64,000 nt of DNA from an uncultured Gemmatimonadaceae bacterium (GTDB lineage: Bacteria > Gemmatimonadota > Gemmatimonadetes > Gemmatimonadales > Gemmatimonadaceae): assembly GCA_963751275.1 (NCBI GenBank), contig CAVVTZ010000009.1, forward strand, positions 512,001 to 576,000, in the 5' to 3' direction. This document shows, one piece after another, positions 35,001 through 45,800 of the stretch (position 1 is the first letter of the stretch; every line of letters starts with the position of its first letter). A program made the translations under genes and the position numbers. The notes under the pieces are model-generated. The model had not been told where the DNA came from. It did no database searches and saw nothing but the letters and a program-made list of their open reading frames with translations.

Positions 35001-35288
35001 TCAGGCTTCAGCGGTCCGTCGGCTCAGAACGTGGAAGACGGCACGTACACCAAGCTCCGCGAGATCGGCCTGCAGTACACGCTGGCCGGACGCTGGGTCA
35101 CGCACAATCTCGGTCTTTCGAGCGTGGACCTGCGCTTCGCGGGACGCAACCTGTACACCTGGACGAACTACACGGGCGTCGATCCCGAGACGAACCTCGG
35201 CGGAGCCGGCGTGACGTTCCAGGGCGTCGACTACTTCAACAGTCCGCAGACCAGGTCGTTCGTGTTTTCCATCGGCCTGAACCGCTAG
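32061..35288 (+). CDS. SusC/RagA family TonB-dependent receptor
   Basis: GGAGG SD; QPLFVVDG, DIDPNDIESVDILKGSAAAAIYGA, YTGVDPE, PQTRSF; followed by SusD. Confidence 0.92.
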   Translation: MGRLVKSVLAIVCALIALPALAAAQEGATISGRVTSEAGAPLNSANVFLEGMNIGTLAKEDGRYTFVVPAARVKGQQVTVTARLIGYRAKSATITLAAGAITQDFVLATNPLRLGEVVVTGAGTATTVGKLGVVINNVDSTAIANSSEYNIVNALAAKAPNVKVNSQAGDPGASSYIQIRGLRSLSGTGQPLFVVDGTPIDNQTNSTTGSTGGTVAPNRAADIDPNDIESVDILKGSAAAAIYGAAASDGAILITTKSGKSGATRFSFSSQLQVNGVSHEVPLQTDYAQGNGGVTDKCAANLTTGCTATSISYGASLAGGTTTYDHYTELFREGDQWNNNLMLSGGNDRTTYYLSMGYSNTQGVITGPNNWYDQYNLRVKASQRLADRVVVSGNIAYVDTHGSFIQRGSNVSGLLLGGLRTPPAFNNQPYLDTITGLQRSYRHPAYWPGSQVSSRGYDNPFFVLNSDPATSQLNRAFGNVAVDWEVNDWLSVKDNLGADYYNDQRTEALAQSSSGFPTGLVTVGNYSVYSIDNYLTATGTKTFNPDFSGSLTLGTDVQSNSQTQNFTQGQTLVAPTPYAITNTVTYVPSTYSSLIHSLSYYAHATADLFNQLYVTLGVRRDGFSTFGASEPYAWYPQANVAWTFTNALGNTEQKGVLSFGKVRVGYGETGKPPAPYSTQTVLAAGASTFYGSGYGDFLLGSQNGHGGLLSGANLGNDNILPEREKELEAGLDFGFFNQTVDAGITWYKENSTDVIQALPIPPSTGYTGALSNAAAIENKGFEVTANWRPLTTAKTSLEFGVTWGQNFTNATSLGGAQFYYIAGGTFTGAVGAMYLNNGIVMQGQDFVRCGKGLEDATDPTIASYCDGAPKNALYIDANGFPITDPNQQIIANPNPSWIGGFHGSLRFDKLTVTFLVDHKQGGQVWNGTQGALEYFGTHKITDLRNTNQTFGTSGWFPGAVVGPGAGTSVLIDQNWFEGDGSGFSGPSAQNVEDGTYTKLREIGLQYTLAGRWVTHNLGLSSVDLRFAGRNLYTWTNYTGVDPETNLGGAGVTFQGVDYFNSPQTRSFVFSIGLNR

Positions 35289-35298
35289 GAGACCCCAG

Positions 35299-36717
35299 GT
35301 GCATAAACTCATAAAGATCACACTCGCGGCCGCGCTGCCCGTTGTCTGGGCAGCCGGTTGCAGCGACTTCCTGAAGGGCGGCGAGTTGACGAACAACCCC
35401 AACAACGCCACCCAGGGGAGCGCCACGAACGACAACCTGTTCATCCCGATCCAGGTGAACCAGATCGCGCAGCAGAATTCCGAGGTCGCGTGGGGGATCG
35501 CCCAGTGGTTGCAGTCGCTGTACGGGCACGCGCGGCAGCAGGTCGGGACGTACAACTATCTCAATGCACAGCTGGGTACGGCCGGGTGGGACAACGATTG
35601 GAACACCATCTGGACCGGAGGCGGGCTGACGGATATTCGCCAGCTCGAGGTGCAGGCTCTGGCCCAGAGCGTGCCGGACCACAAGTACAACGGCATCGCG
35701 CTCATCATGGAAGCCTGGATGATCGGCAACGGGGCTGACTGGTGGGGTGCTCTGCCGTACTCGCAGGCGAATAACTACTTCGTGTACCCGACCCCTGCGT
35801 TCGACTCGCAGCAGGTGGTGTACGACAGCGTCCTCTCGAAGCTCGATCAGGGTATCAGCGAGCTGGCGATTGGCGGTGTCGGTCCCGGACCCGGCGTAGA
35901 CCTCGTCTACAACGGGAGCTCGGCGAAGTGGACGGCGTTGGCGCACACGCTCAAGGCGCGCTTCATGCTGCACGAAGTGCTCGCCGGGGGCGCGACGTAT
36001 GCCAATGTGCTCACGGAAGCCAACCTGGGTATCGCGTCGAACGCGGGCGACTACAACTCGTACTTCGTCGACGGCATCCAGAACTCGTCGAACAACTGGT
36101 GGCAGGAAATGGATGGCGGCGGTGGCACGGGCCGGTCCGGCGACATCATCGCAGGCATTGCGACGTCCTCCCCGGGCGGCGTGGCGCATGACACGGCGAA
36201 GATCGTGAAGTTGCTCCGGGCCGCCAGCGATCCGCGTCTCCTCGAGTACTTCGACCCCGCCAATGACAACGAAGCTTTCCTGACTAAGTTCCGGCTCAGC
36301 GCTGGGTTCCCCCAGCCGCTGGTCACGTACAATGAGAACCTGCTCATCAAGGCCGAGGCGCAGTTGCACACCGGTGATGCTGCCGGCGCGCTGACGACGC
36401 TCAGGGCGGAGCAGGCGGCGTGGGCTGCTACTGGCGTGCCGTGGCATAACGCGCTCACCATCACGCCGGCGTCGGTCGCCAACGACAGCACCATCGGAAC
36501 GGAGAAGTACTTCACGCTGTTCCAGAACGTCGAGTCCTGGAACGACTGGAAGCGCCTCTGCTTCCCGAAGCTGCTTCCCGTTGCGGCGAATCCAACGTTC
36601 GGGAACACGATCCCGTCGCGTATCCTGTACCAGATCACGGAGCTCCAGACGAATCCGAACGTGCCGGCGAACGGTCCGTTCAACTGGAACGACACGCGTA
36701 AGGGTTGCACCAGCTGA
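35299..36717 (+). CDS. SusD/RagB family lipoprotein
   Basis: Lipobox AAGC; NNPN; WGALPYSQA; ENLLIKAEA; ESWNDWKR. Confidence 0.88.
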   Translation: MHKLIKITLAAALPVVWAAGCSDFLKGGELTNNPNNATQGSATNDNLFIPIQVNQIAQQNSEVAWGIAQWLQSLYGHARQQVGTYNYLNAQLGTAGWDNDWNTIWTGGGLTDIRQLEVQALAQSVPDHKYNGIALIMEAWMIGNGADWWGALPYSQANNYFVYPTPAFDSQQVVYDSVLSKLDQGISELAIGGVGPGPGVDLVYNGSSAKWTALAHTLKARFMLHEVLAGGATYANVLTEANLGIASNAGDYNSYFVDGIQNSSNNWWQEMDGGGGTGRSGDIIAGIATSSPGGVAHDTAKIVKLLRAASDPRLLEYFDPANDNEAFLTKFRLSAGFPQPLVTYNENLLIKAEAQLHTGDAAGALTTLRAEQAAWAATGVPWHNALTITPASVANDSTIGTEKYFTLFQNVESWNDWKRLCFPKLLPVAANPTFGNTIPSRILYQITELQTNPNVPANGPFNWNDTRKGCTS

Positions 36718-36764
36718 CGGCAGGCGCTTAACAGCTGGCTGGTAGGGTAGTCGAAAAAGTAAGG

Positions 36765-36795
36765 CAGCCCGGCCCGGAACGTTCGGGCCGGGCTG
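36765..36795. terminator. Hairpin after susD1
   Basis: cagcccggcccg/cgggccgggctg stem. Confidence 0.6.
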
Positions 36796-36902
36796 TCGTA
36801 CATCTAAGGGATGCGCCACACGCGCGGCATCGTGCCTTGACGAAGTGCCGCAACGTGAGCCAACTTCAAGCACCCGATATTCTTATCACCCCAAAGGATT
36901 CG

Positions 36903-37343
36903 ATGCGCCGATTCGCCCCGTTCGTCCTAATCGTGGCTTTGGCGGGTTGCTATACGTACGCGCCACTCACGCCGCCCACACTGACGCCGCCGCCAGGCAA
37001 GGATTTGCGCGTGCAGCTGACGCTCACCGGCGGCGATTCGCTCGCGCGCTTCGTGGGCCCCAATGTGGCCTCGATCGACGGGCGCCTCGTTCTCACGAAC
37101 GAGGACGGCCTCGAGATCGGCGTCAAGCAGGTGACGATGCACGACGGCATGGAGCAGTACTGGAAGGGGGAGACCGTCATGATCCCCAAGCAGTACATTG
37201 CATCGATCGAGGGAAGGAAGTTCTCGTGGCCGAAGACGGGGTTGCTCGCGGGGGTCGTGGTGGTGTCGCTGCTCGCGCTGCAGGCTTCGGGCGCGGTCAG
37301 CGGAGTATTCGGCAGCGGCGGCAGCGGCGGACAGCCCAAGTAG
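36903..37343 (+). CDS. Hypothetical lipoprotein with C-terminal hydrophobic segment
   Basis: MRRFAPFVLIVALAGC lipobox. Confidence 0.65.
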   Translation: MRRFAPFVLIVALAGCYTYAPLTPPTLTPPPGKDLRVQLTLTGGDSLARFVGPNVASIDGRLVLTNEDGLEIGVKQVTMHDGMEQYWKGETVMIPKQYIASIEGRKFSWPKTGLLAGVVVVSLLALQASGAVSGVFGSGGSGGQPK

Positions 37344-37471
37344 CCGGCCGCGGAGCAGTCGGAGAACGTCCGGCCGGGATTTGACTTCCCGGGTAGGTTG
37401 CGAGTCTTAGGTATGGCTCCCGCCCTCGGTGGGGGGCCCTGTTCCGTTCCATTCCTGTTTGTGGAGGCCTC

Positions 37472-38692
37472 ATGCGCACGATGCGGTCGGGTGTCAGGCT
37501 CGTCGCCGGCGCACTTACGCTCCTGATCGGCGGCGCGTTGAGCGTTGCTGCACAGGCGCCTGAGGGAACCGGGATCACGCCGACGCCGTCCTATCCGGCG
37601 ACGCTCCGTTATGGCACCGGCCTGGTGGACATCCCCGTGGCCTGGATCTCTCCCTATAACGGCGACGTCTGGATCAACATCTCGGGCACGGACATCCCCG
37701 CATGCGGGAGCCCGTGCAATCTGAACGGTGATGAGAAGTGGAATTCGAACCTCTCGATCGAGACGCACTGGATGCAGCGTTTCTCGTTGGGGCTCTCGAT
37801 CTACAGCAATAATCCCGAATGGGGATTCTACGGGCAATTCCTGGCGCTCACCGAGAAGGAGGGAAGCGCCCGCCCCGCCATCGCGATCGGGTTCCGCAAT
37901 CTGGGCCCGTACACGCACGAGGAACGGCTGCTGATCGGTCACGACGTGGCCGTCGATTCGAACGGTGGCACGACGCCCATCAATCCGACATGGTCGGAGG
38001 GGTTCAAGACCGCACCGACCTTCTACGGGGTTGCGACGAAGAATTGGCACGTAGGCAGCACCGGCACGATCGGCGCGACGCTCGGGTACGGCACCGGCCT
38101 CTTCAGCGACAACGGGAATCTCGGCACGGCCTACAACGACAAGGGCACGATCGTGAAGGGACTCTTCCTGGGCGCGCGTTACGCGTTCCGCCCGTCGGAG
38201 AGCACCACGCTCAACTTCATGCTCGAGAACAATGGGTGGGACTGGAACGCCGGCGTCGTGGGCGACTGGAAGGGGATCTATCTCGGCTTCTACGCGACGG
38301 AGCTCGAAGAGGGCGGCATGTCGCCCACGAAGGGTGCGTTGTACCAGGTGTACAACTACACGAAGTTCAGCATCGAGATCGGGCTCTCGACCAACATCTT
38401 CCTCGCGAAGGAGGGGACGGTGCTGCGCTCGCAGGTGGCGGATCTGCAGCGCGAGCAGGCGCAGTTGAACGCGTCCATCGCGCAGAGTAACGCGAAGATC
38501 GAGGACCTGCAGAAGCAACTGACGAAGGCGCAAGCCGGCGGTCTCGCGGAGGTCTCGAAGCGGCGCGAGCAACTGGACGCGCAGATCCAGGAAGAGAAGG
38601 AATCGATCCGCCGGGCCGAAGAGCGGCTGCAGCAGTTGCAGGGCGCACAGAAACCGACCCCGCCGCCATCCGGCGGCACACCGCCGCGTTAA
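37472..38692 (+). CDS. YjbH-like outer-membrane beta-barrel with C-terminal coiled coil
   Basis: Signal peptide; YGTGLVDIPVAW; PAIAIGFRN; beta-strand pattern; heptad-rich tail. Confidence 0.6.
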   Translation: MRTMRSGVRLVAGALTLLIGGALSVAAQAPEGTGITPTPSYPATLRYGTGLVDIPVAWISPYNGDVWINISGTDIPACGSPCNLNGDEKWNSNLSIETHWMQRFSLGLSIYSNNPEWGFYGQFLALTEKEGSARPAIAIGFRNLGPYTHEERLLIGHDVAVDSNGGTTPINPTWSEGFKTAPTFYGVATKNWHVGSTGTIGATLGYGTGLFSDNGNLGTAYNDKGTIVKGLFLGARYAFRPSESTTLNFMLENNGWDWNAGVVGDWKGIYLGFYATELEEGGMSPTKGALYQVYNYTKFSIEIGLSTNIFLAKEGTVLRSQVADLQREQAQLNASIAQSNAKIEDLQKQLTKAQAGGLAEVSKRREQLDAQIQEEKESIRRAEERLQQLQGAQKPTPPPSGGTPPR

Positions 38693-38704
38693 CCCAGGTG
38701 CACC

Positions 38705-39919
38705 ATGAATAGGAACGCGACGAATTTCACGGTGGGGGCGGCGCTCGTGGCGCTGGCGGCGTTCGCGCCGCGCGTGGGCGCTCAGTCCTACCCGCAAACG
38801 CTCTATTGGGGCGCGGGGCTGATCGACATCCCGGTGGCCTGGGTGGCGCCGGTGTCGGGAGACTTCGCGATCTCCTTCTCCGGGCAGACCTTCAACAGCG
38901 CGGTGGCCTCGCCGCAGCTCGCGGCGCTCGACGGCTTCAACACGAACGGCGCCTTCTCGCTGTCGTTGTGGAGCCGCCTCGAGCTCGGGTTCGCGATCTA
39001 CTCGAACAATCCCGAATGGGGATTCTTCGCGAGCGGCCTCGTGCTGAACGAGGAGAGCTACCGGATGAACACCGGCGCTTCGCACTGGATCCCGAGCCTC
39101 TCGCTGGGCGTCCGAAACGTGGGTCCATACGATCACGTGGACCGCTACACGATCGGGTACGAACTCTTCCCCGGGCCGCCGTCGGGACCGGCCGTGGTGC
39201 ATGAGCCCGACTCGCTGCACCAGAACTTCAAGACGGCGATGACGCTGTACGGCGTCGTCACGAAATCGTTCGCGCTCAACGAGATCAAGCCGACGTGGGG
39301 GATGACCAACATCAGCATCTCCCTCGGCTACGGCGACGGCCTTTTCTCCAATGATGGCGGCCTCGGCCGGGCATACTCCAACCAGTCCACCGGCGGCCTC
39401 TTCGGGGGCGTGAAGGTGGATCTCTATCCGACGTCGTCGAGCACGCTGTCGTTCCTGCTCGAGCAGAACGCGTGGCAGTGGAACCTGGGCGCGAACTACG
39501 ATTTCCGCGGGATCCGCATCGGCGCCTACTGGATGAACCTCTTCCCGGGCCAGGCGGACACGGGCGTCGCGGCGCAGCTGTACAACTACAGCAAGTTCGC
39601 GCTGTCGCTCAGCTGGCAGAGCAATCTCCTGGGCATCGTGCACGGCGACTTCCTGCAGAAACAGCAGGCGGAGCTGACCCAGCAGGTCGCGACGCTCAAC
39701 GGCGAGATCGCCGCGCGCCAGCAGCGCATCGCATCGCTCGAACTCGAGATCCAGCGCTACGAAGCGCAGAACCTGCTCGAGCTGGAGCAGCGGCGCGCCG
39801 CCGCGGAACAGGCGCTGCGCCAGGAGAAGGACGCGCTGCGCTCGCTCGAGGAGCGCCTGCAGAAACTGGAGCAGAACGCGCCGCCGCCCACGACCCCGGC
39901 GAAGCCGCCCCAGGGATGA
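38705..39919 (+). CDS. Paralogous YjbH-like barrel with C-terminal coiled coil
   Basis: YWGAGLIDIPVAW, IYSNNPEWGF and YNYSKF shared with the upstream gene. Confidence 0.6.
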   Translation: MNRNATNFTVGAALVALAAFAPRVGAQSYPQTLYWGAGLIDIPVAWVAPVSGDFAISFSGQTFNSAVASPQLAALDGFNTNGAFSLSLWSRLELGFAIYSNNPEWGFFASGLVLNEESYRMNTGASHWIPSLSLGVRNVGPYDHVDRYTIGYELFPGPPSGPAVVHEPDSLHQNFKTAMTLYGVVTKSFALNEIKPTWGMTNISISLGYGDGLFSNDGGLGRAYSNQSTGGLFGGVKVDLYPTSSSTLSFLLEQNAWQWNLGANYDFRGIRIGAYWMNLFPGQADTGVAAQLYNYSKFALSLSWQSNLLGIVHGDFLQKQQAELTQQVATLNGEIAARQQRIASLELEIQRYEAQNLLELEQRRAAAEQALRQEKDALRSLEERLQKLEQNAPPPTTPAKPPQG

Positions 39920-40641
39920 GGATCCCCCCCGTGCACCTCCACGCAGTCTCGCGCGCTCTCCGCATTCTCGGCGTCGTCGTGCTCGTTCCGGCGGCGATGC
40001 CGGCCCAGCAGACCGACTCGTCGACCATGCAGCAGGCGTACGAACAGCGGCGCGTCGAGCTGCTGAAGGACCTGCAGCAGACGCAGGATTCGCTCGGCTC
40101 GCTGCGCTCGCAGCGCGTGCGCCTCGAGTCGCACATCGACAACGTGCTCGCGCAGAGCACCGAGCAGCGCGCGCAGCAGCTGCTCATCAGCGGCGACCTG
40201 AACGCGCTGCTGCAGCTGGACGCGGTGCTCGCGCAGGCGCAGGAGAACATGACCGCGCAGCGCGACCGGATGACCGCGCTCGGCGACGCCGTACGCAAGC
40301 GGGCCGGCGCGGTGCTGGTGGTGCTCTTTCGCGCCGACTCCTCGCCCGATGGCGCGGTGACGGCACTCGAGCTCTCGATCGACAACACCGGCGCGGCGAC
40401 CCGGGCGTACTCGCCGACGATGGCCCATGCGCTGAGCCAGGGCGCGGTGGATGAGCTGTATAACGCCGAGATGCTCCCCACGGTGCACACGGTGGAGGCC
40501 AAGACGACCGTGGGCGGCCAGCCGGTGACGGCGGCGCTCAACGTTCAGACGGCCGCGAACATGGTCACGTATGTCCAGTTCAGCGCGAAGGATGGCAAGG
40601 TGACCTCGTCGACGTGGACGAGCCAGGGCACGACTCCCTGA
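39916..40641 (+). CDS. Secreted coiled-coil plus beta-domain hypothetical protein
   Basis: ATGA overlap; signal peptide; LELSIDN..ATRAYS..AHALSQGAVDELY. Confidence 0.65.
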   Translation: MRIPPVHLHAVSRALRILGVVVLVPAAMPAQQTDSSTMQQAYEQRRVELLKDLQQTQDSLGSLRSQRVRLESHIDNVLAQSTEQRAQQLLISGDLNALLQLDAVLAQAQENMTAQRDRMTALGDAVRKRAGAVLVVLFRADSSPDGAVTALELSIDNTGAATRAYSPTMAHALSQGAVDELYNAEMLPTVHTVEAKTTVGGQPVTAALNVQTAANMVTYVQFSAKDGKVTSSTWTSQGTTP

Positions 40642-40658
40642 GCATCCGGCTGCGGTCC

Positions 40659-42863
40659 ATGCGCGTCCTGACGCTCTGTGCAGTCGTCGCGCTGGGAGCG
40701 GCGTCGCCGCTCCCCGCGCAGCAGCCTGCGCCGGCGCGTCCCGACAGCGCGCCCAAGCCCGCCGCCTCGAACGCCTCGCTGCTGCCGCCCGTCACTCCGG
40801 CGCCCGACCAGGCGCGCGGCGTGGACGCGGAACTGCGTGCGGCGCTCTTCGATCTCGTCGCGAACCGGCCGCTCACGGCGCTCAGCCGCCTCGAGTGGCT
40901 GTCGTCATCCAAGAACGCGATGAACGTGACGCCGGCCGCCGGCCAGCGCACCCGCGAGGACCTGCTCTTTCTCCTCGCCGAGTCGTACTACCGGCTGGGA
41001 CTGAGCGCGAGCTTCCGGAGCACCTCGGCGCAGTTGGTGAAGCTCGCGCCGGCCGGGCGCTATGTGCCGCTCATCCAGTTGCAGCTCACGCTCGATGCGT
41101 ATCGCCGTGGCGACTATGCGGGCGCGCGGGCGGAGGCGGCGAAGGCAGCGGGTGCTCCCGACGCGTCGCTCGCCGATTTCGTGGGCGGGCTGGCCGCGTA
41201 CCAGGGCGGTGACATCACGGCCGCGCGCGCATCGTTCGCGAAGGTGATCGCAGCGGCGGACCCGGCGTACGCGCCGTACGCGAAATACATGGATGCGATC
41301 GCCGCGATGCAGGGCGACACCGCGCGCGCGGCGGCGGCGCTCGAGGCGCTGCGCCCGCTCGCCGCCAGCGCGACGGGGCCGTTCGGCGACCAGCTGCGGC
41401 TTGCCGCGGCGCGGCTCGCCTTCCAGACGGGCCGGTTCGACGTCGCCGCGCAGCTCGCCGCGCAGGTGCCGGCCACGAGCGGGCTCGCGCCCGACGCGAC
41501 CCTGGCGCGCGCGTGGTCGCTGTACCGCGCCGGCCAGTACGATTCCGCGGCGGCGTTCTTCGCCGACTTTGCGACGAAGTGGCCGCAACTGCCCGGCCGC
41601 GATGAAGCGCGCCTGATGCACGGGCAGATCCTGCTCGAGCAGCATCACCCCGCCGACGCCGACGCGTACTTCACGCAGGTGGGCGATTCGCTCGGTGCCG
41701 AGGTCGTGGCGCTGCAGAGCAAGCTGAACGCCGCGATGGCGGCGGCCGCGCATGGCCTGGTCGCGGCCCGCGCGTCGGGCGCGCTCTTCGTGCGCGAGGC
41801 GGCGACGGGCAAGTCGATGGCGCTCGCCCCCGATGCCGGGGCGGAAGGGGCGGTGCTGGTGGCGGCCTTCGCCGGCGCGCCGGCGCCCGCGCGCGCCGAT
41901 TCGACGCCGCCGTCGCTCGTCACCGTGGGCGATCTCCAGGCGCGGTTCTCCACGGTGACGCCGGCACTGCCCGCCGACATCACGATGCGCCCGCTCTACG
42001 CGAACGCGTCGGCGCCTACGGCGTACGGCGATTTCCTGCAGCGCGACCAGAACCTGCTGGCGGCCGACCTCAATGCCGCCATCGCGCAGTATCGCCTCCG
42101 CGCGGCCACCGGCGACTACGCCATGCGCATCGCCGCGCTCAAGAACCTGCAGCTGCTGATCACCGAGGGGACCGCGAATCTCACGGAGATGAACAAGCAG
42201 ATCGCGTTCACCCAGGATTCGCTCACGCGGATGACCGCCCAGCTCGCCGCGGCGCGCGAGCAGATGCGGCGCGCGCTGCTCGTGCAGGCGGCGGCCACGG
42301 CCAGGGCGGCGACGGTGAACATGGCGCGGCTCGACAGCGTCAAGGCATCGCTGGACGGGAGCGTGAATCCCATCGACGCGGACATCCTCGCGACCGAGGC
42401 GCAGACCGCCGCCATCTACCGCCGGCTCGCGGACCAGGTGACGCGCAGCGCCGACTCGGCGATCGGGCGGCACCCGGCCTTCGCGCTCAAGGATTCGCTC
42501 GGCGTGCGGCTCGTGCGCGCGCGCGCCCTCTCCGCGCAGGGGCAGCAACTGCTGGCGGCGAACGGGGTGCTCGTGTCGGCGGAGCTGGTCCGGCTCAATG
42601 CCACCGAGGGCGACCGGACGCGCGGCGCGCGCCAGCAACTCTCGGCCGCGGAGCAGAGCCGCGCGATCGCCGAACTGCAGATGTTCTCGATGCTGGATAG
42701 CGAGTTGCGTGCGCGCGCCTCGCAGATGCTCGACGCGCTCAAGGCCAGCCGCGAAGCGGCGGACTACGGCTCCGCGAGCGCGGCGTTCTTCCTCGCGATC
42801 GACGCGAAGGCCTCCGGATCCGCTGGCGGATCCGCGGCGCCGGCCGCGTCGCCGGAGAAGTAG
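40659..42863 (+). CDS. Secreted TPR / coiled-coil protein
   Basis: Signal peptide; FLLAESYYRLG, LARAWSLYRAGQY TPR motifs. Confidence 0.75.
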   Translation: MRVLTLCAVVALGAASPLPAQQPAPARPDSAPKPAASNASLLPPVTPAPDQARGVDAELRAALFDLVANRPLTALSRLEWLSSSKNAMNVTPAAGQRTREDLLFLLAESYYRLGLSASFRSTSAQLVKLAPAGRYVPLIQLQLTLDAYRRGDYAGARAEAAKAAGAPDASLADFVGGLAAYQGGDITAARASFAKVIAAADPAYAPYAKYMDAIAAMQGDTARAAAALEALRPLAASATGPFGDQLRLAAARLAFQTGRFDVAAQLAAQVPATSGLAPDATLARAWSLYRAGQYDSAAAFFADFATKWPQLPGRDEARLMHGQILLEQHHPADADAYFTQVGDSLGAEVVALQSKLNAAMAAAAHGLVAARASGALFVREAATGKSMALAPDAGAEGAVLVAAFAGAPAPARADSTPPSLVTVGDLQARFSTVTPALPADITMRPLYANASAPTAYGDFLQRDQNLLAADLNAAIAQYRLRAATGDYAMRIAALKNLQLLITEGTANLTEMNKQIAFTQDSLTRMTAQLAAAREQMRRALLVQAAATARAATVNMARLDSVKASLDGSVNPIDADILATEAQTAAIYRRLADQVTRSADSAIGRHPAFALKDSLGVRLVRARALSAQGQQLLAANGVLVSAELVRLNATEGDRTRGARQQLSAAEQSRAIAELQMFSMLDSELRARASQMLDALKASREAADYGSASAAFFLAIDAKASGSAGGSAAPAASPEK

Positions 42864-42864
42864 C

Positions 42865-45800
42865 ATGATGCGCGCCCGGGTGATCACGGTCGCGGCGGCC
42901 GCCGCGCTGTCGGCGGCGCGCATCGCGCCGGCGCAGACGGCCGCGCCCGCGCCCGCGTCGGCGCAGCTCGCGAGCGCGAATCCCGCGCCGCCGGCGGCGC
43001 CGTTGGATAACGCGATCGAGAAGCTCACGACGTTCACCACGCGCTATCCCGCGAGCCCGCTCCGCCCGGACGCGCTCTTCCAGCTGGGCGAGCTGTTGAT
43101 CCGCCGCGCCGACGAGAATTTCGCGGCGTCGCAGCGCGCCTCATCGGGCGGCGCCGGAGCGCTCGACCGGCCGGACTACGACCCGGCGATCGCGCGCTAC
43201 GTGGAACTGATCACGAAGTATCCGAAGTTCGACCGGATCGACGCGGCCGAGTACACGCTCGGCACGCTGTACACCGCGATGCAGAGGTTCGCCGACGCGG
43301 CGAAGATGTTCACCGCGGTCACGATGCAGCCGGCGTCGCACTTCCGGCCCGAGTCGTTCTTCCGGCTGGGCGATGCGGACTTCGAGCTCGCCGCCAAGGC
43401 GCGCGGCGACGCGCGCAAGGCGCTCTTCGTGCAGGCCGCCACCGCCTACGACAGTGCGACGCACACCGCGCCCGCCGGCGGCGACATTCTACTTCCTGGC
43501 GCTCTACAAGCTGGGATGGTCGTACTACAACCAGGCGACCAAGGCGATGCAGCCGGAGTACTCGCAGGCCGTGGATGTCTTCGGCCGGCTGGTCACCGAG
43601 TACGACCAGCTGACGCCCGCGCAGCAGGCGCGGCTCGGCCTGCGCCGCGAGACCATCGATTACATGGCGGTATCGCTCACGCAGGTGGGCGGCGCGGCGG
43701 CGAGTGACAAGTACTTCGCGGCGCACCCGGCCGCGGGCACCACGTTGGAACTCACCGTGCTGCGGCGTCTCGCCGGCAGCCTGCGCGACCAGGGCGATTT
43801 CGGTAAGGCCGTGCTCGCGTACAAGGAGATCCAGCAGAAGGCGCCGCTCGACTCCACGGCGCTCGGGGTGCAGTCGGACATCATCGACATCTACCAGAAT
43901 CGCGTGCTCGAACCCGACAGCGCGCAGACCGCGCGCCTGGCGCTCGTGAACGACTTCGGGCCGAACACGGATTGGGCGAAGGCGAACCCGACCCTGGTCG
44001 CGGCAGCGAACGCGAAGCGGGAGCAGGCGCTGCGGCAGAGCGCGGAATACGCACTCTCGGTGGCGCAGCGCAAGAAGCCCAAGGACAAGGTGCCGGCGAA
44101 GACGCGCTACGCGGAAGCGGCCGCCCTCTACGGGCGCTACCTCACCGAGTTCGCGGCGTCGGACAGCGCGCAGGTCATGGCGTTCTACGAAGGCGAGGCG
44201 CTCTTCGGCGCGGGCGATTATCCGGCCGCCGGCCAGTCGTACTCGCTCGCCGCCTACTTCTACAAGACCGCGGACGCGAAGCTCGGCGACAAGGCGGGCC
44301 AGGACGCGATCGTCGCCTACGATTCCGCCACGGCGCACGGCCGCGGCGACCGCGTGCAGCAGGATTCGCTGTTCGCGAGCGTGGACCGCTACGTGAGCGC
44401 GTTCCCGGAGAGCCCGGTCGCGAAGACGGCGCTCATCCAGAAGGGCAAGCGCGCCTCCGAGTCGAAGCGCTGGGACGTGATGGAAGCGACGTTCCGCCAG
44501 TACGTGGACAAGTATCCCACCGACGCGTACGTCCCGACGGCGCAGAAGCTGATCGGTGACGCGATGTACAAGCAGGGCGAGTACGGCAAGGCGCAGGCGC
44601 AGTGGGAGGCGGCGGGCGCGCTCGCGATGAAGTCGGGCAAGAAGGCGCTGGCCGATTCGATCACGCGCATCAGCAACGCGGCCACGGTGTCGTTCGGCGA
44701 TTCGCTGGTGAAGGCGGGCGACTACAACCGCGCCGCCGAGGAAGTGTACATCGCCTACGCCGACCGGAATCCCAAGTCGGACAAGGCGCCGGACGCGCTG
44801 CGCAACGCGGTGGAAGTGTACATGCTGGCCGACAGCGCGGCGCGCGCGAAGAACGATGCGGCGGCGTCGCAGGCGGCGCGGGAGCACGCGCTCAACCTCG
44901 CCGATCGCATCACGCGCGATTACCCGGCGTACAAGTACAAGATCCAGTACCAGGCGCTGCAGGCGCAGCTGCTGGGCGAGCTCGGCCACCGCGACAGCGC
45001 GATCGTCGTGCTCTCCACGCTCGTGAAGGAGAACCCGTCGTGGCCGGGGCGCGCCGACGCCATGGTGCGCATCGCGGTGGATCTCGACTCGCTTGGCAAG
45101 AAGAAGGAAGCGGCCGACGCGTACGAGCGCTTCGCCGCGGCGTATCCCAAGGACAAGCGCGCTGCCGACGCGCAATACAACGCGGCGGCCACGTACCTCC
45201 AGGCGGGCGACAGCGCGAACGCCGCACGCGCCCTCGGCGGCTTCGCGCAGATGTACCCGCGCGACAAGCGCACGCCGGATGCGAACGCCGAGCGGATCGT
45301 GCTGCTGAAGGCGACGGGTGCGAACGCCGCGGCCGACGCCGAACTCGCGAAGCTCTGCGGCCATCCGACGGCGCCGCTCAAGGCCGAGTGCGCCTCGCGC
45401 GCCGGCGCGGCCGCGTTCGCGACGGGGCAGGCGCTGTGGGGCAAGTACCAGTCGCTCACGCTCGTGATCCCGAAGAAGATCAACCTGACGCGCGCGGGGG
45501 TGGCGCGTCTGTCGCAGCCCAAGAAGGATCTGCTCGCGAAGATGAACGGCGATTTCGCCAAGGCGATCGAGACCGGCTCCCCCGAGTGGGTGTCGGCGGG
45601 CAGCTACTATGCGGGGCTCGCCCAGTGGGAGTACGGCAACTTCCTCGCGAATGTAACGCTTCCGTCAGACTTGTCGCCCGAAGAGAGCCAGGCGGCGCAG
45701 GCGGGTGCGGCGAAGCAGGCGGAAGCGTACTATCAGGCGGCGAACAAACTCTGGAAGGCGCTCGTGGACAAGTCGGTGAAGGAGCAGTTCACGAACGCGT

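Noticed and set aside
29612..45364. Long alternative-frame or antisense ORFs (e.g. 32079..34874, 36950..39643, 40905..43040)
   Set aside because: These are shadow ORFs of real genes caused by high-GC codon bias; they are Arg/Ala-rich and lack motifs
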